DNA of 64,000 bases from the human T2T-CHM13v2.0 reference genome, Homo sapiens (GCF_009914755.1 NC_060930.1); one strand, 5' to 3'. Shown: positions 14,844 through 33,158, counted from the stretch's first letter. Made by a program: numbers and translations. Notes: generated by a model not told the origin, from the letters alone.

Positions 14844-16540
14844 AAAGCTACATACCTCCCTCACAATTTGCCCACAAGGAAATTCTTTGTGGACCTCAAG
14901 ATCTTTACCCTAAAACAGTTCTGTTGAATTTCACCCTGGCAATGTAAGTTGATAGCTTATCTTCACAGAGGCAGGACAGAAAGTCATCCCTCTGTTCACC
15001 TGAGACAAATGCATATCTGATTGCTTCTTCTGCCCTATTGTTTATGTAAAAATGCAGATTCACTAAGTGGACTAAGGAATAAGTAATTATTTCTCTATCC
15101 ATCCTCACATGTAAATTGTGTATTAAGGGAAAGGCTAATCAGAGACTCAAAAGAATGCAACCTTTTGTCTCTTATCTACCTATGACCTGGAACCTTCCCC
15201 CTACCCCACATTTTGAGTTGTCCCTTTCCAGACTGAACCAATGTACATCTTAACATATTGATTGAAGTCTCATGTCTCCCTGTATAAAACCAAGCTGTGC
15301 CCCTACCACCTCGGGCACATGTCATCAGGAGCCCCTGAGCTGTGTCATGGACACGTCCTTAACCTTGGCAAAATAAACTTTCTAAATTGATTGAGACCTG
15401 TTTCAGATACTTTAGGTTCACACTACTCTCTCAGTGTTGCCCAAAAAGCCTGTCTCAAATTTTTTGCCACCATAAATAATGCCTTAGTGAATATCAGTGT
15501 TCATGTTTCCTTTGTTATGTATCTTCAAAAATGGTGTTTACAAAATTGTTGGCCTGGGAGTCTGAAAGAGTGGGATAAAATGCGGAAAAGTAAAAAACTT
15601 TAAGTAGATGATTAAAGAAAATTCCCCCAAAGATACCCTCTATGTGCTATGTACTGTTATTATATGAAGCAATAATAAGACATTTGTTGGGTATCATTCA
15701 CTCAGTATTGCATTTAATGCACTGGTCTTGGTGATGGGGTACAGCTGAGACCAATACTCCTTTATTAGAATTTATCCCTTTATGCATCATTGTACGAGAA
15801 TATCATTTGCTTTCCTAGATCTAGATCTTAGCAGGGGCAGAGCCATTTTCTCTTTTTTATTTTGTGGTGCATTTTTTCAGCAGCTATTTAGAAAATGTGC
15901 AGGTTTTTGAGGCTCTATGTAGGAATCATTTTGGGCTAAGAGCCAAGAAGGTGAACGATGAAGCTCAAAACTTCTTACCCACCCCATGGCTGTCTTTGCT
16001 CCCACCACTATGGCCTAACCTGCTGTTCCCAGAACATGCTAAGCAGAGCCTGCCTCTGGTACTTTGCACTCATAGTTCCTTCTGCCCCAAACAGCTTCCC
16101 CCAGGTAGCAATATACTCTCTCACCAGTTTATGCCAATGACAGTTCAATGAGACCTCATTTGTATGCCCTCCTTAAAAATGCAATCTCCAGCTCCCTATC
16201 CCCTTTCCTGCTGTATTTTTATCTAAACCACTTATCAAGGTGATGACATGTTATGGAATTTAATCCCACCTCAAAGTACCATAAGAACAGGAATTTTAGC
16301 AGGCTATTTTCAGCGTGTATTCTCAATGCTAATATATTGTCTCTCATATATTAAGTGCTCAATAAATGTTTTTTTGGTTAAGTAAGTTAATTTCCTTTAA
16401 GCTGGCTGATGGGGTCATATAGAGGTAAAATTACTGGCTCTGAGTGATTTTCCTCACTTATAAATATAATTTGCAGTAATTTCTATATTATTCTTTTCCT
16501 CTTAATGCATGGTGATAATTATTTCCCTGTTACATATGTC

Positions 16541-16891
<351 letters not shown>

Positions 16892-17018
16892 TGATAAAAT
16901 GAGGCTGATTTTCACCCCTATTTTGCTGTTAAGGAAACTGGTATAATGAGTGTCACTGACTTGTTTGTGATCACACAGTGGACAAAATGGCATTTGTTTC
17001 TTTGTGGTGATCTCACAA

Positions 17019-17033
17019 AGGTCAAGATGACCT
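17019..17033. promoter_or_regulatory. Perfect consensus estrogen response element (IR3)
   Basis: AGGTCA-AGA-TGACCT; motif only, function untested. Confidence 0.45.
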
Positions 17034-17456
17034 TAGATCCTCAGTTTTGGCTGTTTTTTTTTTGTTGTTTTTTTGTTTGTTTGTTTGTTTTACACCAAGG
17101 AACCAGGTTCTAGCTCCTATGTTTGTTCATTGCATGGAAAGGAACAGGAAGATCTGGGGGCCACTGAATGGAAGGTTAGATCCATTTTCTTGGTTAAGCT
17201 TGTAGGTTTTCTCGTCTCTTTTCCTTCCTGCAGCACAATTCTTATGAATGGCAATATCTTCTATTAAAATTCTCAGTCTGTAGTCTTCTTGTCCATACAG
17301 AAAATAGATTTCAGGTCAACACATTTGATAGTCTGGACTGTGCTAACTGCTCCAATATTTGAGTACATCTTTTGGGGATGTGGGAATTTAGTGTTGTAGG
17401 CCTCAAGTGGGGTTCGTTCCCAGAATTTGGAGAGGCTATAGAAATATAACCTGGTT

Positions 17457-17809
<353 letters not shown>

Positions 17810-17856
17810 TCAAAGCTTTTCTTAGCCTCTTATGTTTCTCAGATATTAAATAATCG

Positions 17857-18196
<340 letters not shown>

Positions 18197-18210
18197 TTAA
18201 TGACAGATAT

Positions 18211-18886
18211 TGAAGCCACCTTTGCAAAATTATGACTGAGACAGAGAAAGAGATGGAATTTAACCAACTCCGTCTTGCTTCTAACCTCCAAGCCATCCTT
18301 GTTCATTCCTGGGTGTAGGCTGAACTAATTTAGGGAGAAACTTAGTTTGTAGTTTATAGTTTAAACAAAGATGGTAACAGCCCTTTCCCAAAGCAGACCT
18401 CCTTCTTGCCTTGGGACTGGATTGCCTTTGTAGGACTAACATTAGCCACAAGATTAAAAATTATGGCAGCTGGAGGCTACAAGATTCTAACCCTCCCTAA
18501 CTGCTCCTAAGATCAGTGCTTGAGATATTTTGCAGACGCTGCACTCAAGATGGGTCAGATAGCACCACCCAGATCTATTAACTGGCTCATCTGATCCTGT
18601 AGCCCCCACCCAGGAACTGACTCAGCACAAGAAGAGAGCTTCAACTCCCTATGATTTAATCTCTGACCATTCAGCACTCCTGGCTCACTGGCTTCCCCCC
18701 ATCCACCAAGTTATCCTTAAAAACTCTGCTCCCCAAATGCCCAGGGAAACTGATTTGAGTAATAAAACTCCAGTCTCCTGCACAGCCAGCTCTGTGTGAA
18801 TTACTCTTTCTCTATTGCAATTCCCCTGTCTTGATGAATCAGCTCTGTCTAGGCAGCGGGCAAGGTTAACCCCTTGGGTGGTTACA
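18211..18886 (+). mobile_element. LTR8-like ERV1 solo LTR
   Basis: TGAAGCCACCTTTGCAAAATTATGACTGAG start, GGTTACA end, AATAAA, 4-bp TSD ATAT. Confidence 0.85.
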
Positions 18887-19224
18887 ATATGTACATGGGA
18901 AAGTGGTTGGCCTGCTTGGAATTGGAACAAAGGCAAACTAAGCATGATGATTATCAATGAGTTGCAGCCCAAAACCAACCAAGGAAGGACTATTAGTTCA
19001 TGCTAGATTGCCTGTGTGGCTGTTTAAGACAGGATTCCACCAACAGTAAGAGAGACAAGTTTTAATCCCATTCAAAATTATGAAACTATTCCTTAGTAAC
19101 CAGGCTGTTTCATTTACTTTGATTTGTTACTTACTAAAGCAATTTCTGATTAACAATTTGTGGTCAGTTCTAAGTCCAGGCACATCTTCCACTATAATTA
19201 ACACAATGAGTTCTAGCTTTACTA

Positions 19225-19699
<475 letters not shown>

Positions 19700-19733
19700 C
19701 TAGGGGAGAATGTCAGGTTTGCAGGACCTTCTT

Positions 19734-20130
19734 TGGTATGGTACAAATGTGTCCCCCAAAATTAATGTGTTGGAAACTTAAGCCCCAGTGCAACAAGGTT
19801 GGGAGGTAGAGTCTTTTGGAAAATGTTTAAGTCATGAGGGCTCTGCTTTCAGGAATGAATTAATGCTGTTATAAAAGGGCTTGACAGAGGAAGGGAGTTC
19901 ATCCCTTTTTGTCCTGCCATAGGAAGACATAGTGTTACTCCCCACAACCTTCCCCCAAAGACACAGGACTCAAGGTGCCAATTTGGAAGCAGAGACCTGG
20001 CCTTCAGCAGCCATGGAATCTTCTAGGACCTGAATCTTGTACTCCCAGCCTCCAGAACTGGGAGAAAAATAAATTCCTTTATAAATTACTCACTCAGATA
20101 TTCCGTTATAGCAGCACAAATGAACTGACG
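19734..20130 (+). mobile_element. MST-type MaLR LTR
   Basis: AATGTGTCCCCCAAAATT...CCAGCCTCCAGAACTG...TTATAGCAGCACAAATGAACT. Confidence 0.7.
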
Positions 20131-20391
20131 TTGCTTAAGGTTTTCTAGCCTTAAATGCTATGATTATTCAATTATAGCTCATATCTTGTAAATATGTTCT
20201 GAGACAGGCTGAAGAGTAAGTTCTTATAAGGGAACATGAGGTTGTAATGAAAAAAAATCAATTTAGAAAAAAGCTTTTATGAAAGAAGTTGAGGACTGTA
20301 CCTACGTTAAGCATGAAAATAACAAAAACAAAAAAATACCCTTATTCCTGACAATAAGCCAAAATGTTCATTTGAGAGAAGTATCACCTAG

Positions 20392-21176
<785 letters not shown>

Positions 21177-21200
21177 CTATAAAATCCTAATTAACAAAAT

Positions 21201-21204
<4 letters not shown>

Positions 21205-21244
<40 letters not shown>
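21205..21244. repeat. (CA)20 microsatellite
   Basis: Perfect dinucleotide run. Confidence 0.95.
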
Positions 21245-21246
<2 letters not shown>

Positions 21247-21367
21247 TGTAAGGGCATGGTCTCTCTTCCTTGAAGCTACGGAATTACAATTCTCCTTCAC
21301 AAAGACAGTCAAAGGATGTGATCTGATGTGTTAGATTTTCTCTCTCCTGTTCAATATGGAGTTTTGC

Positions 21368-21750
21368 ATCTTAGTTTCTTTGGGCCGCTATAAGAAAATA
21401 CACTAAACTAGGTGACTAACAAATAACAGGATTTTACTTCTTACAGTTCTAAAGGCTAGGAAGTCTAAGATCAAGGAGACACCATATTCTATGTCTAATG
21501 AGGCTCACTCTCTGCTTCATAGATAGCATCTTCTTGCTGCAACTTCGTATGGTACAGGGGGTGAACAAGCTCCCTCTTTTATAGGGGTACTAATCCCATT
21601 CATGAGGACGCCATCCTTATGACCTATTCACCTCCCAAAGGCCCCACCTCTTAATACCACCATAATGGGGATTATGCTTCAACACAAGTATTTGTTTCTT
21701 GTTTTTGTTTTCAACATAAATATTTGGAGGGTAACCATTCAGATCATAGT
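21368..21750 (-). mobile_element. MLT1A-type MaLR LTR
   Basis: TCTTAGTT...CAGTTCTAAAGGCTAGGAAGTCTAAGATCAAGG...CCCAAAGGCCCCACCTCTTAATACCA. Confidence 0.7.
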
Positions 21751-21954
21751 AGTACCAGTATCCAAAACTGCCACCAAATAGTTTGTTGTAAGTTAAGATA
21801 ATTGCAGAGCATCACTTAACTTGAAAAGCATTTTCTAAAATGTCCAAATATTAGACACAGTTGAATATCCCATAGATATATATCTATTCAGTGTGCAATT
21901 TTGATTCATTGGCTTATTTAGTTATATATTGTGACGGTAACAATGCTCTATTTG

Positions 21955-22255
21955 GGCCGGGCGCCGTGGCTCACGCCTGTAATCCCAGCACTTTGGGAGG
22001 CTGAGGCGGGCAGATCACCTGAGGTCAGGAGTTCAAGACCAGCCTGGCCAACATGACGAAACCCTGTCTCTACTAAAAGTACAAAAATTAGCCGGGCGTG
22101 GTGGGGCGTGCCTGTAATCACAGCTACTCAGGAGGCTGAGGCAGGAGAATTGCTTGAACCCCGCGGAGCTTGCAATGAACCCAGATCACGCTATTGCACT
22201 CCAGCCTGGGCAACAAGAGTGAGACTCCGTCTCAAAAAAACAAAACAAAACAAAA
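21955..22255 (+). mobile_element. Alu with TSD
   Basis: TSD AACAATGCTCTATTTG on both sides. Confidence 0.9.
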
Positions 22256-24281
22256 AACAATGCTCTATTTGACATATCTCTTTTTAACTGGTGACAAATA
22301 CTTGTAAGAGTCTAAAAGAGACTAATAGTACTTTCTTTTGCTTTTTCTCCCACATGGTCTGACCAACAAAGAAAACTCTATGACTGCTAGATTAACAAAT
22401 AACTTCAGAGTCTGCTCATTTAAATAAATGTTATTTAAGTAACATTTAAATAAATAGTGTTAAATTGGCATCTGGAATTATGTGTAAAATATTTCAGAAT
22501 CTCACTTAGTAAGTCCTTCTCAGATTATATCTAGTTGTTTTATCCTGAAGTCCTCATTTTGAGAAGCCTGCCGTGATACAGAAGGAGGCCACTGGTGTAG
22601 CATAGTCACAGACTACTTGCTCAGCCCCGTGGGTGCTCCCTTCTGCCTACCCCTGACTTTAGCCACACCACAATATTTCTGCGTTTTTGAAGGTGACACC
22701 CATTTTCTTATTGCCCAGAATGCTATTTGGCACTCTTCCCACTCCCACCCATAATATTATTTATTCTGTGCTCCTTAGGCTTTTTATTCATATCTCTACT
22801 GCAGCATTTATCATCTTATAATGTGTGTTTTACTGATAATCAAGTGAAGTGATTCTTTACGCTATTTTTTTTTATGGATGGACAATACACACATAGGATT
22901 CAAAATTCAAAGACCATAAGAAGTTACAATGAAAAGATCCTCCATCCATCCCTGTCTGTAGGACATCCAACTTTCTCTTTCCTCAGAGGCCACCACTGAT
23001 AGCAATTTATCCAGTATCCTTCCAAAAATATTTTACATTTATACACACACACAAACACACACAAAATTCTACTGCACATTATCCTGTATCTTGCTTTTAT
23101 TGCATTTGACAGCAAATTTTGGAAATCATCCCATTATTAGCACCTGGAGAAGCCGTATAGTATACACTGGTTATAAATAGGGATTCTGAAACCAGATTCT
23201 GGTTTTGAATCATGTTTTCACTACTCATTACCTGTTACCAACCTAAGTAACAAACATAGAGGCTCTCTAAAGACAAATACATTTATTTGGGAATAAAGCA
23301 TTGTAATGGGAATCCATATGCTATAAAGTACATGTGTATTCAAGGAGGTAAAGGAAGACAAAGGTTTTTAAAGAAAAAAATAAGGAGGGTTACAATAACA
23401 AGGGCGATGCCAGTCCAAGGTTGGGAAGGCAGTTGTTGGACAAATGGTCTTGTAGAAGTATTTTTTGTGTGTGTAAGGTTTTGATGGCCTGTGTTTATGG
23501 TTGTGGCTCTTACCATCTTTTGTGATAGTTTTTGTTATTAGGCATACAAGCGTGAGAACCTTCTCTTTATGGCTTTTCTTGGCTCTGTGTCAGGATTTTC
23601 TTAACATTAGTGATTTCATTTTGATTGACAACTTTCCCACTGTACAATTTCACACTTTAGGCAATTTACTCGAGCTCTCTGAACCCCCATTTTATGATCT
23701 GTAAAACAGGTATAAAAATAGTAATTTTTCACAAAGTTGTTATGAAAGCTAAATGATTTAACATATGTAGAGAGCTTTTTAGGACATTATCTGGCACATG
23801 ATAAGCAGTAAATAATTATGAAAAAGAGCCTTCTTATTTTTTACTAGATAGAATGATGTACTGTAATTTATTGCTAATCAGTCAAATTGCTTCAGTCTTA
23901 TACTACAAACAGTGCTGCTGGAAACCCCTGCATATATTATTTTGCATATTTTCAAAAATAGTAAATTCCTAGGGGTGAAATTTCTGATGTAAAGATAGGT
24001 GCATTTTAAAATTTTGACAGGTATTACCAAATTTTCCTTTATGAAAGCACTACCAATTTGTGGGGCCACCAGCAATGATTGAGAATTAAGGTCTGGGAGG
24101 CTTATTCAGGATTTTCCATTCCTATAGCAGAATACTATGACTGGCCTATGGTGAATAGTAGATGCTTAATAAATGTTAGTAAATTGGATGGTAAATAGTA
24201 TACGAAAAACAGTTGGGTTTGGGTGAAAACAAGAAAAACTTTTAAAAATCTACTCTGGCATCTTTTGCTAGCAGGCATTGA

Positions 24282-24644
<363 letters not shown>

Positions 24645-24717
24645 TAAAAACGCCAGCCTTGTTTTCCTAGTGCTGTTTTTGGTTTTTACCTCGGGTCTTT
24701 TGTCGTGCCTTAAAATC

Positions 24718-25015
24718 ATGTCTGGTTGCGCAAGTGAGGGAAAGGATTGGGTAAAGGGGGCGCCACCGCAAGTTGCTGTGCAACATCCAGACATCACCAG
24801 ACCCACCACCTGGAGCCTGGCCTGGCGGTGTCAAACGCATTCTGGTCTCATCTTTTTAGAAACCCGTGGATGCTCAAGGAATTTCCGGATAACGTGATCC
24901 CGGATGCGCTTGACTGACTTACACGGAACGAGCAAAGCGCAAAGCAGTCCCTGCTAAGGACTTAGTTTATGCCCTCAAGCGCAAAGGTCGGACCCTCTAT
25001 GGTGTTGGTAGCTAT
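24718..25015 (+). pseudogene. H4C10P: Histone H4 pseudogene
   Basis: ATG TCT GGT...; remnants CGCCACCGCAAG (RHRK), AACATCCAG, GGCGGTGTCAAACGCAT (GGVKR), TATGCCCTCAAGCGCAAAGGTCGGACCCTCTATGGT ([12 protein letters not shown]); multiple indels; decayed stem-loop GGCTTTCAAAGAGCT at 25049-25063. Confidence 0.85.
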
Positions 25016-25157
25016 ATGCACGTACCTCATGTACATTTCACCTTAAATGGCTTTCAAAGAGCTAGATTAATTTAGTGGATAGATCAAAATGATTTATGAC
25101 CCCTCGCCCCCCAGTGATAGGAAGAGCGAACCAGCTCTTCTTTAGATAATAGTGAGT

Positions 25158-25173
25158 GGCTCTGAAAAGAGCC
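25158..25173 (-). terminator. Histone 3' stem-loop (H2BC13)
   Basis: GGCTCTTTTCAGAGCC on the minus strand. Confidence 0.95.
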
Positions 25174-25199
25174 TTTGGGTTGGACAAGAGCTTGAGAAT

Positions 25200-26276
<1,077 letters not shown>

Positions 26277-26320
26277 AAGCCTGGATTAGTTTGCAGCAAC
26301 TCAATCCCAAAGGAACCAAA

Positions 26321-26336
26321 GGCTCTTTTCAGAGCC
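26321..26336 (+). terminator. Histone 3' stem-loop (H2AC13)
   Basis: GGCTCTTTTCAGAGCC. Confidence 0.95.
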
Positions 26337-27244
26337 ACCTACAATTTTGTGGAAGAACTGAGCACTATGTTTAATGTAATTTCTCGTCTTTGCCTACTTC
26401 TAAACCACTCCAAAGGTTACGTAGATCAGTCTTCGGTGTCTTGGTTAGGTAGTGACAATCTCGTTAGCTTTATAAAAAGCCTGGATAACATTAAAAGTAT
26501 TAAACACGCCTTCATCTTAAGCTTAGTGGAAGAAAATTTAGTTTTTCCTAAGCTGGCATTATCCAAGTATGTTGAATTCTGTATGGTTCACCGTCGGGTT
26601 TTACTTTTAGTCTGTTGAAGCAAACATGTCTGCTTTGGGGCCAGATGTTTTCTGGGTCTTGGTAAATAACAAACCGGGCATTCGACGTTCAATCCAAATC
26701 TAGATCAACGACTTGGATTCTTCATTTCTGAGAAATATCTCTCGAATCTGTATAATTAATTGCATTTGAACATTAATGATTGAGTTGAGAATAATTATTA
26801 GACTAATTAGAACAGTTACTTATGGTGCCAGGTAGTTCTCTTTGAAGCATTTTCTGAAAATTCATTGAAATTAAAATTTCCCGAGCTTTCCCACCCCCAG
26901 CCACACAAATTGATTTCTTAGTACAGAGATGACTTAATTTGTTTCAGCATGGTAAATTCCACTTTTAAAATATCTGACTTGATGTTTTTAATCTGAATCA
27001 GATCTGGATGTACGAATGGAATAGATTCTTAAAAGAAAATGAATTACATTTCTAGAGTATTGGAAAAATAAGCTGCAATGGAATTACTTTAATCTAAAAG
27101 TGAAAAGTTCACATAAAGTTGTTTCTTTGACATTTTTTGGCCTTGAATTTCTCACATGCGAACCAGCTTTTCTTGGTTATAAAAATAGAAGTTTTTTAAA
27201 TTTAAGTGGTCAAAAGATAGAAAATTGAGGGGACAGGTGTATAA

Positions 27245-27522
27245 GGCTGTCCTGTCCAGTATTGCAGCCACTAGCCAATTGTGGATAGTGATCATTGGAA
27301 ATTCCATAGCATGAATTTTATATAAAATACACATTGCATTTGGAAAAGTCAGTGCCAAAAAGTGTAAAATACCTAACAATTTTAATTTCGATAACATTGA
27401 AATATGTTGGCTATATTGGATTAAGCAAAATATTAAAAATTAATTTTTCCTTGTTTTGTTACAATGTTCTCCTAGATAAGTGTAAATTACTTATATTGCT
27501 CTCATTTCCACTGGAAATCGCT
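27245..27522. mobile_element. MER33/MER3-like hAT DNA transposon fossil
   Basis: CTGTCCAGTATTGCAGCCACTAGCCA start and AT-rich body. Confidence 0.5.
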
Positions 27523-27628
27523 AGTATAGTGAACAACTGTATAGCGAAAATAGAAAATAAAATATGGAGACCATGAACTGCTAAGTCTGTCAGAGGAATA
27601 GGTGAACAACAAAAATTTGAGTCCTTCG

Positions 27629-27700
27629 CCAATCCGGTTACTGTTGGGTAGGCCTTCAGCATACTTTTGTCCAATCAGCTTCAGACTCTCACTATAAATA
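27629..27700 (+). promoter_or_regulatory. H3 promoter (two CCAAT boxes + TATA)
   Basis: CCAAT at 27629 and 27671; TATAAATA at 27693-27700. Confidence 0.85.
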
Positions 27701-27726
27701 AGCGGCTAGCTTTCTCTTTCTCCTGA

Positions 27727-28158
<432 letters not shown>

Positions 28159-28189
28159 GTCTCAAGGACTCACTGATTACATACCCAAA

Positions 28190-28205
28190 GGCTCTTTTCA
28201 GAGCC
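28190..28205 (+). terminator. Histone 3' stem-loop (H3C10)
   Basis: GGCTCTTTTCAGAGCC followed by ACCCA. Confidence 0.95.
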
Positions 28206-30168
28206 ACCCACATGCGCGCTGAAAAGATCTGTTTCTCTCAGGAATTCTTCCTGGTACTTGTTTTGCCTGTAGTAGATAGGGCCCATTTCCAGACGTTATA
28301 CAATCTGTTTCGTAAGACTCAGCCTATCCCTTTTTGAATGCTAATTTTGGGAGTCTTAACATCTAATAATGTCCGGCATTTTTCCGTAAGCATTGAGTGT
28401 AGCCAAAAGTTCCTTCGTGTATTGCTCTCCCATCTCCGCAGCCCGGTTTTGACCGGATGGTGCTTCTAATTTTCTGCTAACCTGTACTGTGGTGTGTGTA
28501 TATTTCTTGCCAACACGCCAGAAATAAAACTAAGGTTGTACTGAAGTTGGAAAAATTCAGGTTAATGTAGCTCATGCTGGCTAAAGTGAAACGTTCTCTC
28601 CCCGCCCCCCGTTCCTAAGCAGTGTTAAGTTTTCTTTGAATTTTTTCAAGCCGGATTTTGGGCCTGCTTAAACCACTTAAATGTAGTTAATGACAGATGG
28701 TTTGAGGTTTAAAAGTCTTCTGGAGAAAGCCCGCCAGAGAACATTCCCTTTGAAGCCCCATGTAAAAATACGTGTGGGAGAGAAAGTGTTTTCTCTGACT
28801 TCTGCTGACAGTGGCTAAAACTCTGAACTGTCAGGAGTATTCAAAATAAGACTGCCTTGTAGGTAAGCCTGTGGTAGTTTTTTTGAGCACAGGATAAAAT
28901 ACTTGAGTCTTTGCTTAAATGTTACTTTCTCAATGAGGCTTTGTATGACTAAATAAAATCTGTATAATCCCCACCTATTTTTTTCACCCTAGAATTTGTC
29001 ACTATATGCTGTACCAGAGTTTGCTGATGTATTGCTTGTGTGTTCTAAAATACAGGCTCATGAGAGGAGGAACTTTTGTTTACTCGCATATCTCCAGTAA
29101 CGTAGGAGCTTTTGATCAGTATTTGTTGGATAAATGAATGAATGCATGGGTATATAATAGTAAGGAGACATACCCACATGGAAAATCTCAAATGAAAGAA
29201 ATACATCAGCTTGGTAGATATGCTCAAATCAGCTTCTTGTGGGCCAGGAAAGCCCTTACCTCATCCATTCTTGTATTCAGAATGCTAGATTTCTATAACT
29301 TCTTCTGTGAGCTCTCTAGCATTCTTATAAGTATTCAAGATTTTCCCTGGCAAATTGGCTTGTGTATGTGTGTTATCATCTCTGTCTCTCCTTAGCTTAA
29401 CCTGTGAAGGATGTAAGTGGAAAGATCATAGTATTTTTACACTGAGTTTTAAAAAGCAGTTTTAATTCTCTATCTTGTTTCAGTTGGCTATTTATGTATC
29501 TTCAGTTATTAGAATTGGTTACATTCTTAATACACTTTTTTGGAAATTTGATATCAAGATCACTACTGCAACATTCACAATCTGCTCATCCTCATTTTCT
29601 TGTGTGTGGGTTCATGATTTCATTATTTCCACATATATGGAATTTAGAAAGATAAATAATTTATGATTAATATTTTACAAATTAAAATAATGCTTTAATA
29701 CTTTTAATTGGAATCAACACCGTAAGCAAAACAAAATAGAGTTTTTCCCCTCTCAGAAATTAGCTTTCTTCTGGAAAGGAAGATACACTATTTTGGAGGG
29801 AAGCAGTGCCTCTAGGACACTTAGGGGCCCAACTGCTAAACCGATGGATATTGTTGAGTGTGTAAATAGTGCATTCCTTCTTTCTGTGCTGGGAAACTAA
29901 GAGCTAGTAATAAATCAGGAAGGGCTCACACAGAGACTGCCTGGTATGTACTAATCAATACTCTTGCTGGCTGGGTAGGGCATCCTCTCCTGGAGATATG
30001 CAGCCAAGATACTCCCAGTTAAATTTCCAGTTATAATTACATGAGGAATTATTTATTTAAGGGACAGTGAGTAGTTCTAGTTATGTGGAAATGAATACTC
30101 TATGTCTTTTCAAAACACTCCATGTACTGAATTACAATAGTCTGGTAACCATCCAACTCAGCTCATTT

Positions 30169-30425
<257 letters not shown>

Positions 30426-30544
30426 GGACATAATTCTTGTGTCTGAATTTCCTGAGATGGCAAAACTCATAAGTGGCATAACAATCCTTTTCAAGGCCCA
30501 AAATAAAAGGACCTTGATATGCCCATACAGAAATATGGACAACA

Positions 30545-30850
30545 GGCCGGGCGCGGTGGCTCATGCCTGTAATCCAAGCACTTTGGGAGGCCGAGGCAGG
30601 TGGATCGCTTGAGTCCAGGAGTTGGAAACCAGCCTGGGCAATGTGGCGAAACCCCATCTCTCCAAAAAATAAAATTAGCCAAACGTGGTGGCGTGTGCCT
30701 GTGGTCCCAGATACTCAGGAGGCTGCGTTGGGAGAATCGCTTGTGTCCAGAAGTTGGAGGTTGCAATGAGCCGAGATCGTACCACTGTCCTCCAGCCTGG
30801 GTGACAAAGCGAGACCCTGTCTCAAAAAAAAAAAAAAAAAAAAAAAAAGA
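30545..30850 (+). mobile_element. Alu (J-like)
   Basis: Full dimer with long A tail. Confidence 0.88.
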
Positions 30851-31687
30851 TAACATGAGGAACTGACCTCACTATTCTCAAAATAGCCTTTGGCTTTTCT
30901 CAGAAGAGATATTTTTTTCTGAGTGTAGGTATTCACCCACTAGTGCTCTTGGAATCAATAAGTATTCAGAACCAACCTTACCATCGAACATCACCAGCTT
31001 GGACTACTATGCTTGGCCATCTACTTATCCAGCAGTTACTAAGTATTTAACTCACTTACTAATTGTAAGTGTTTACAGGATACATTTGTAACATAACACC
31101 CAGGTACAAAAAGGTTAATTACATACAGAATTAAACAGAAAAATATCAGAACACATACAATGAAGTTAACTATTATTAACATGTGATTTCAGCAGTACAC
31201 TAACATAAATACATGTAATTATTGGGTCACTGCCGAACATGTATATGTTTGAAAGACCCTTAATTAGAAAACTTCTAAGGCCAATTTTTTTTTATTCCAA
31301 ACTCTTGTAAGTGCAAAAATTAAAAATAGAAAACAAAACATGACCAATGTATACATTGGTAAACATAAAACTGTCTGGTTTTGTTTAAATATACCCATTG
31401 AGCAGCTCCTTTCCTAGAGGCCAGGAAATAGGGCTGAGGACTCTACCCTCAGTTTTCAATCTAGAGACTGTGAAACTGTAGAGAAACACACTGTCTAGTA
31501 GCAATCCATATACTTTTTCTAGTAAGCATATTAAAAACCGAATACTATACTATATTCCTTACAGCCCAGTGAGTTTCCCAGAATCATAAATAAAACCCAC
31601 CAGTACCTACTATGTAACTCCCAGTAAGAGGCTTTGACTTTTGTCAAAGTTGTGTCCCAGTAAAATGCCTTCAAGATACCACAAACT

Positions 31688-31800
31688 GGCCTGGCGCAGT
31701 GGCTCACGCCTGTAATCCCAGCACTTTGGGAGGCCTAGGCGGGTGGATTACCTGAGGTCGAGTCAGAGACCAGCCTGGCCACCAAGGTAAAACCCCTGAA
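31688..31800 (+). mobile_element. Alu left-monomer fragment
   Basis: GGCCTGGCGCAGTGGCTCACGCCTGTAATCCC. Confidence 0.8.
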
Positions 31801-31981
31801 AACACGTGTTAGCAAACGTACCTTGTTAGTATCTACATTAAGAAAAAAAAAAAAAAAAAAAACCTTGAAATTCAGGCAATGTAAACAGGTTAAAGATTAA
31901 CACCGAAACATCATGAGTGTACTGTGTAGTGGTGAAGCAGCTGAAAACGGACTCGTGTCATCTTTTTATGATTGTTGAAGT

Positions 31982-31997
31982 GGCTCTGAAAAGAGCC
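31982..31997 (-). terminator. Histone 3' stem-loop (H2AC14)
   Basis: GGCTCTTTTCAGAGCC on the minus strand. Confidence 0.95.
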
Positions 31998-32027
31998 TTT
32001 GTTTTTATGCGCTTTTCAACTCGGTCT

Positions 32028-33098
<1,071 letters not shown>

Positions 33099-33142
33099 GC
33101 CTCTCGCTGCAGTAACAGTTCCGCCGTGACCCACACCCCAAA

Positions 33143-33158
33143 GGCTCTTTTCAGAGCC
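33143..33158 (+). terminator. Histone 3' stem-loop (H2BC14)
   Basis: GGCTCTTTTCAGAGCC with downstream purine-rich AAGAAAGAG (HDE-like). Confidence 0.95.

Larger units (their letters stand above)
14485..15422 (+). mobile_element. MER4-family ERV1 solo LTR, interrupted by a (TTTTA)n array and a BC200 retrocopy
   Basis: 4-bp TSD CTAC at 14481-14484 and 15423-15426; GAAAATAAAT...GGACCCCAAA start; AATAAA; ...GGTTCACA end. Confidence 0.8.

Noticed and set aside
22424-22450. AT-rich near-palindrome TAAATGTTATTTAAGTAACATTTA
   Set aside because: Low complexity; no flanking structure suggesting function
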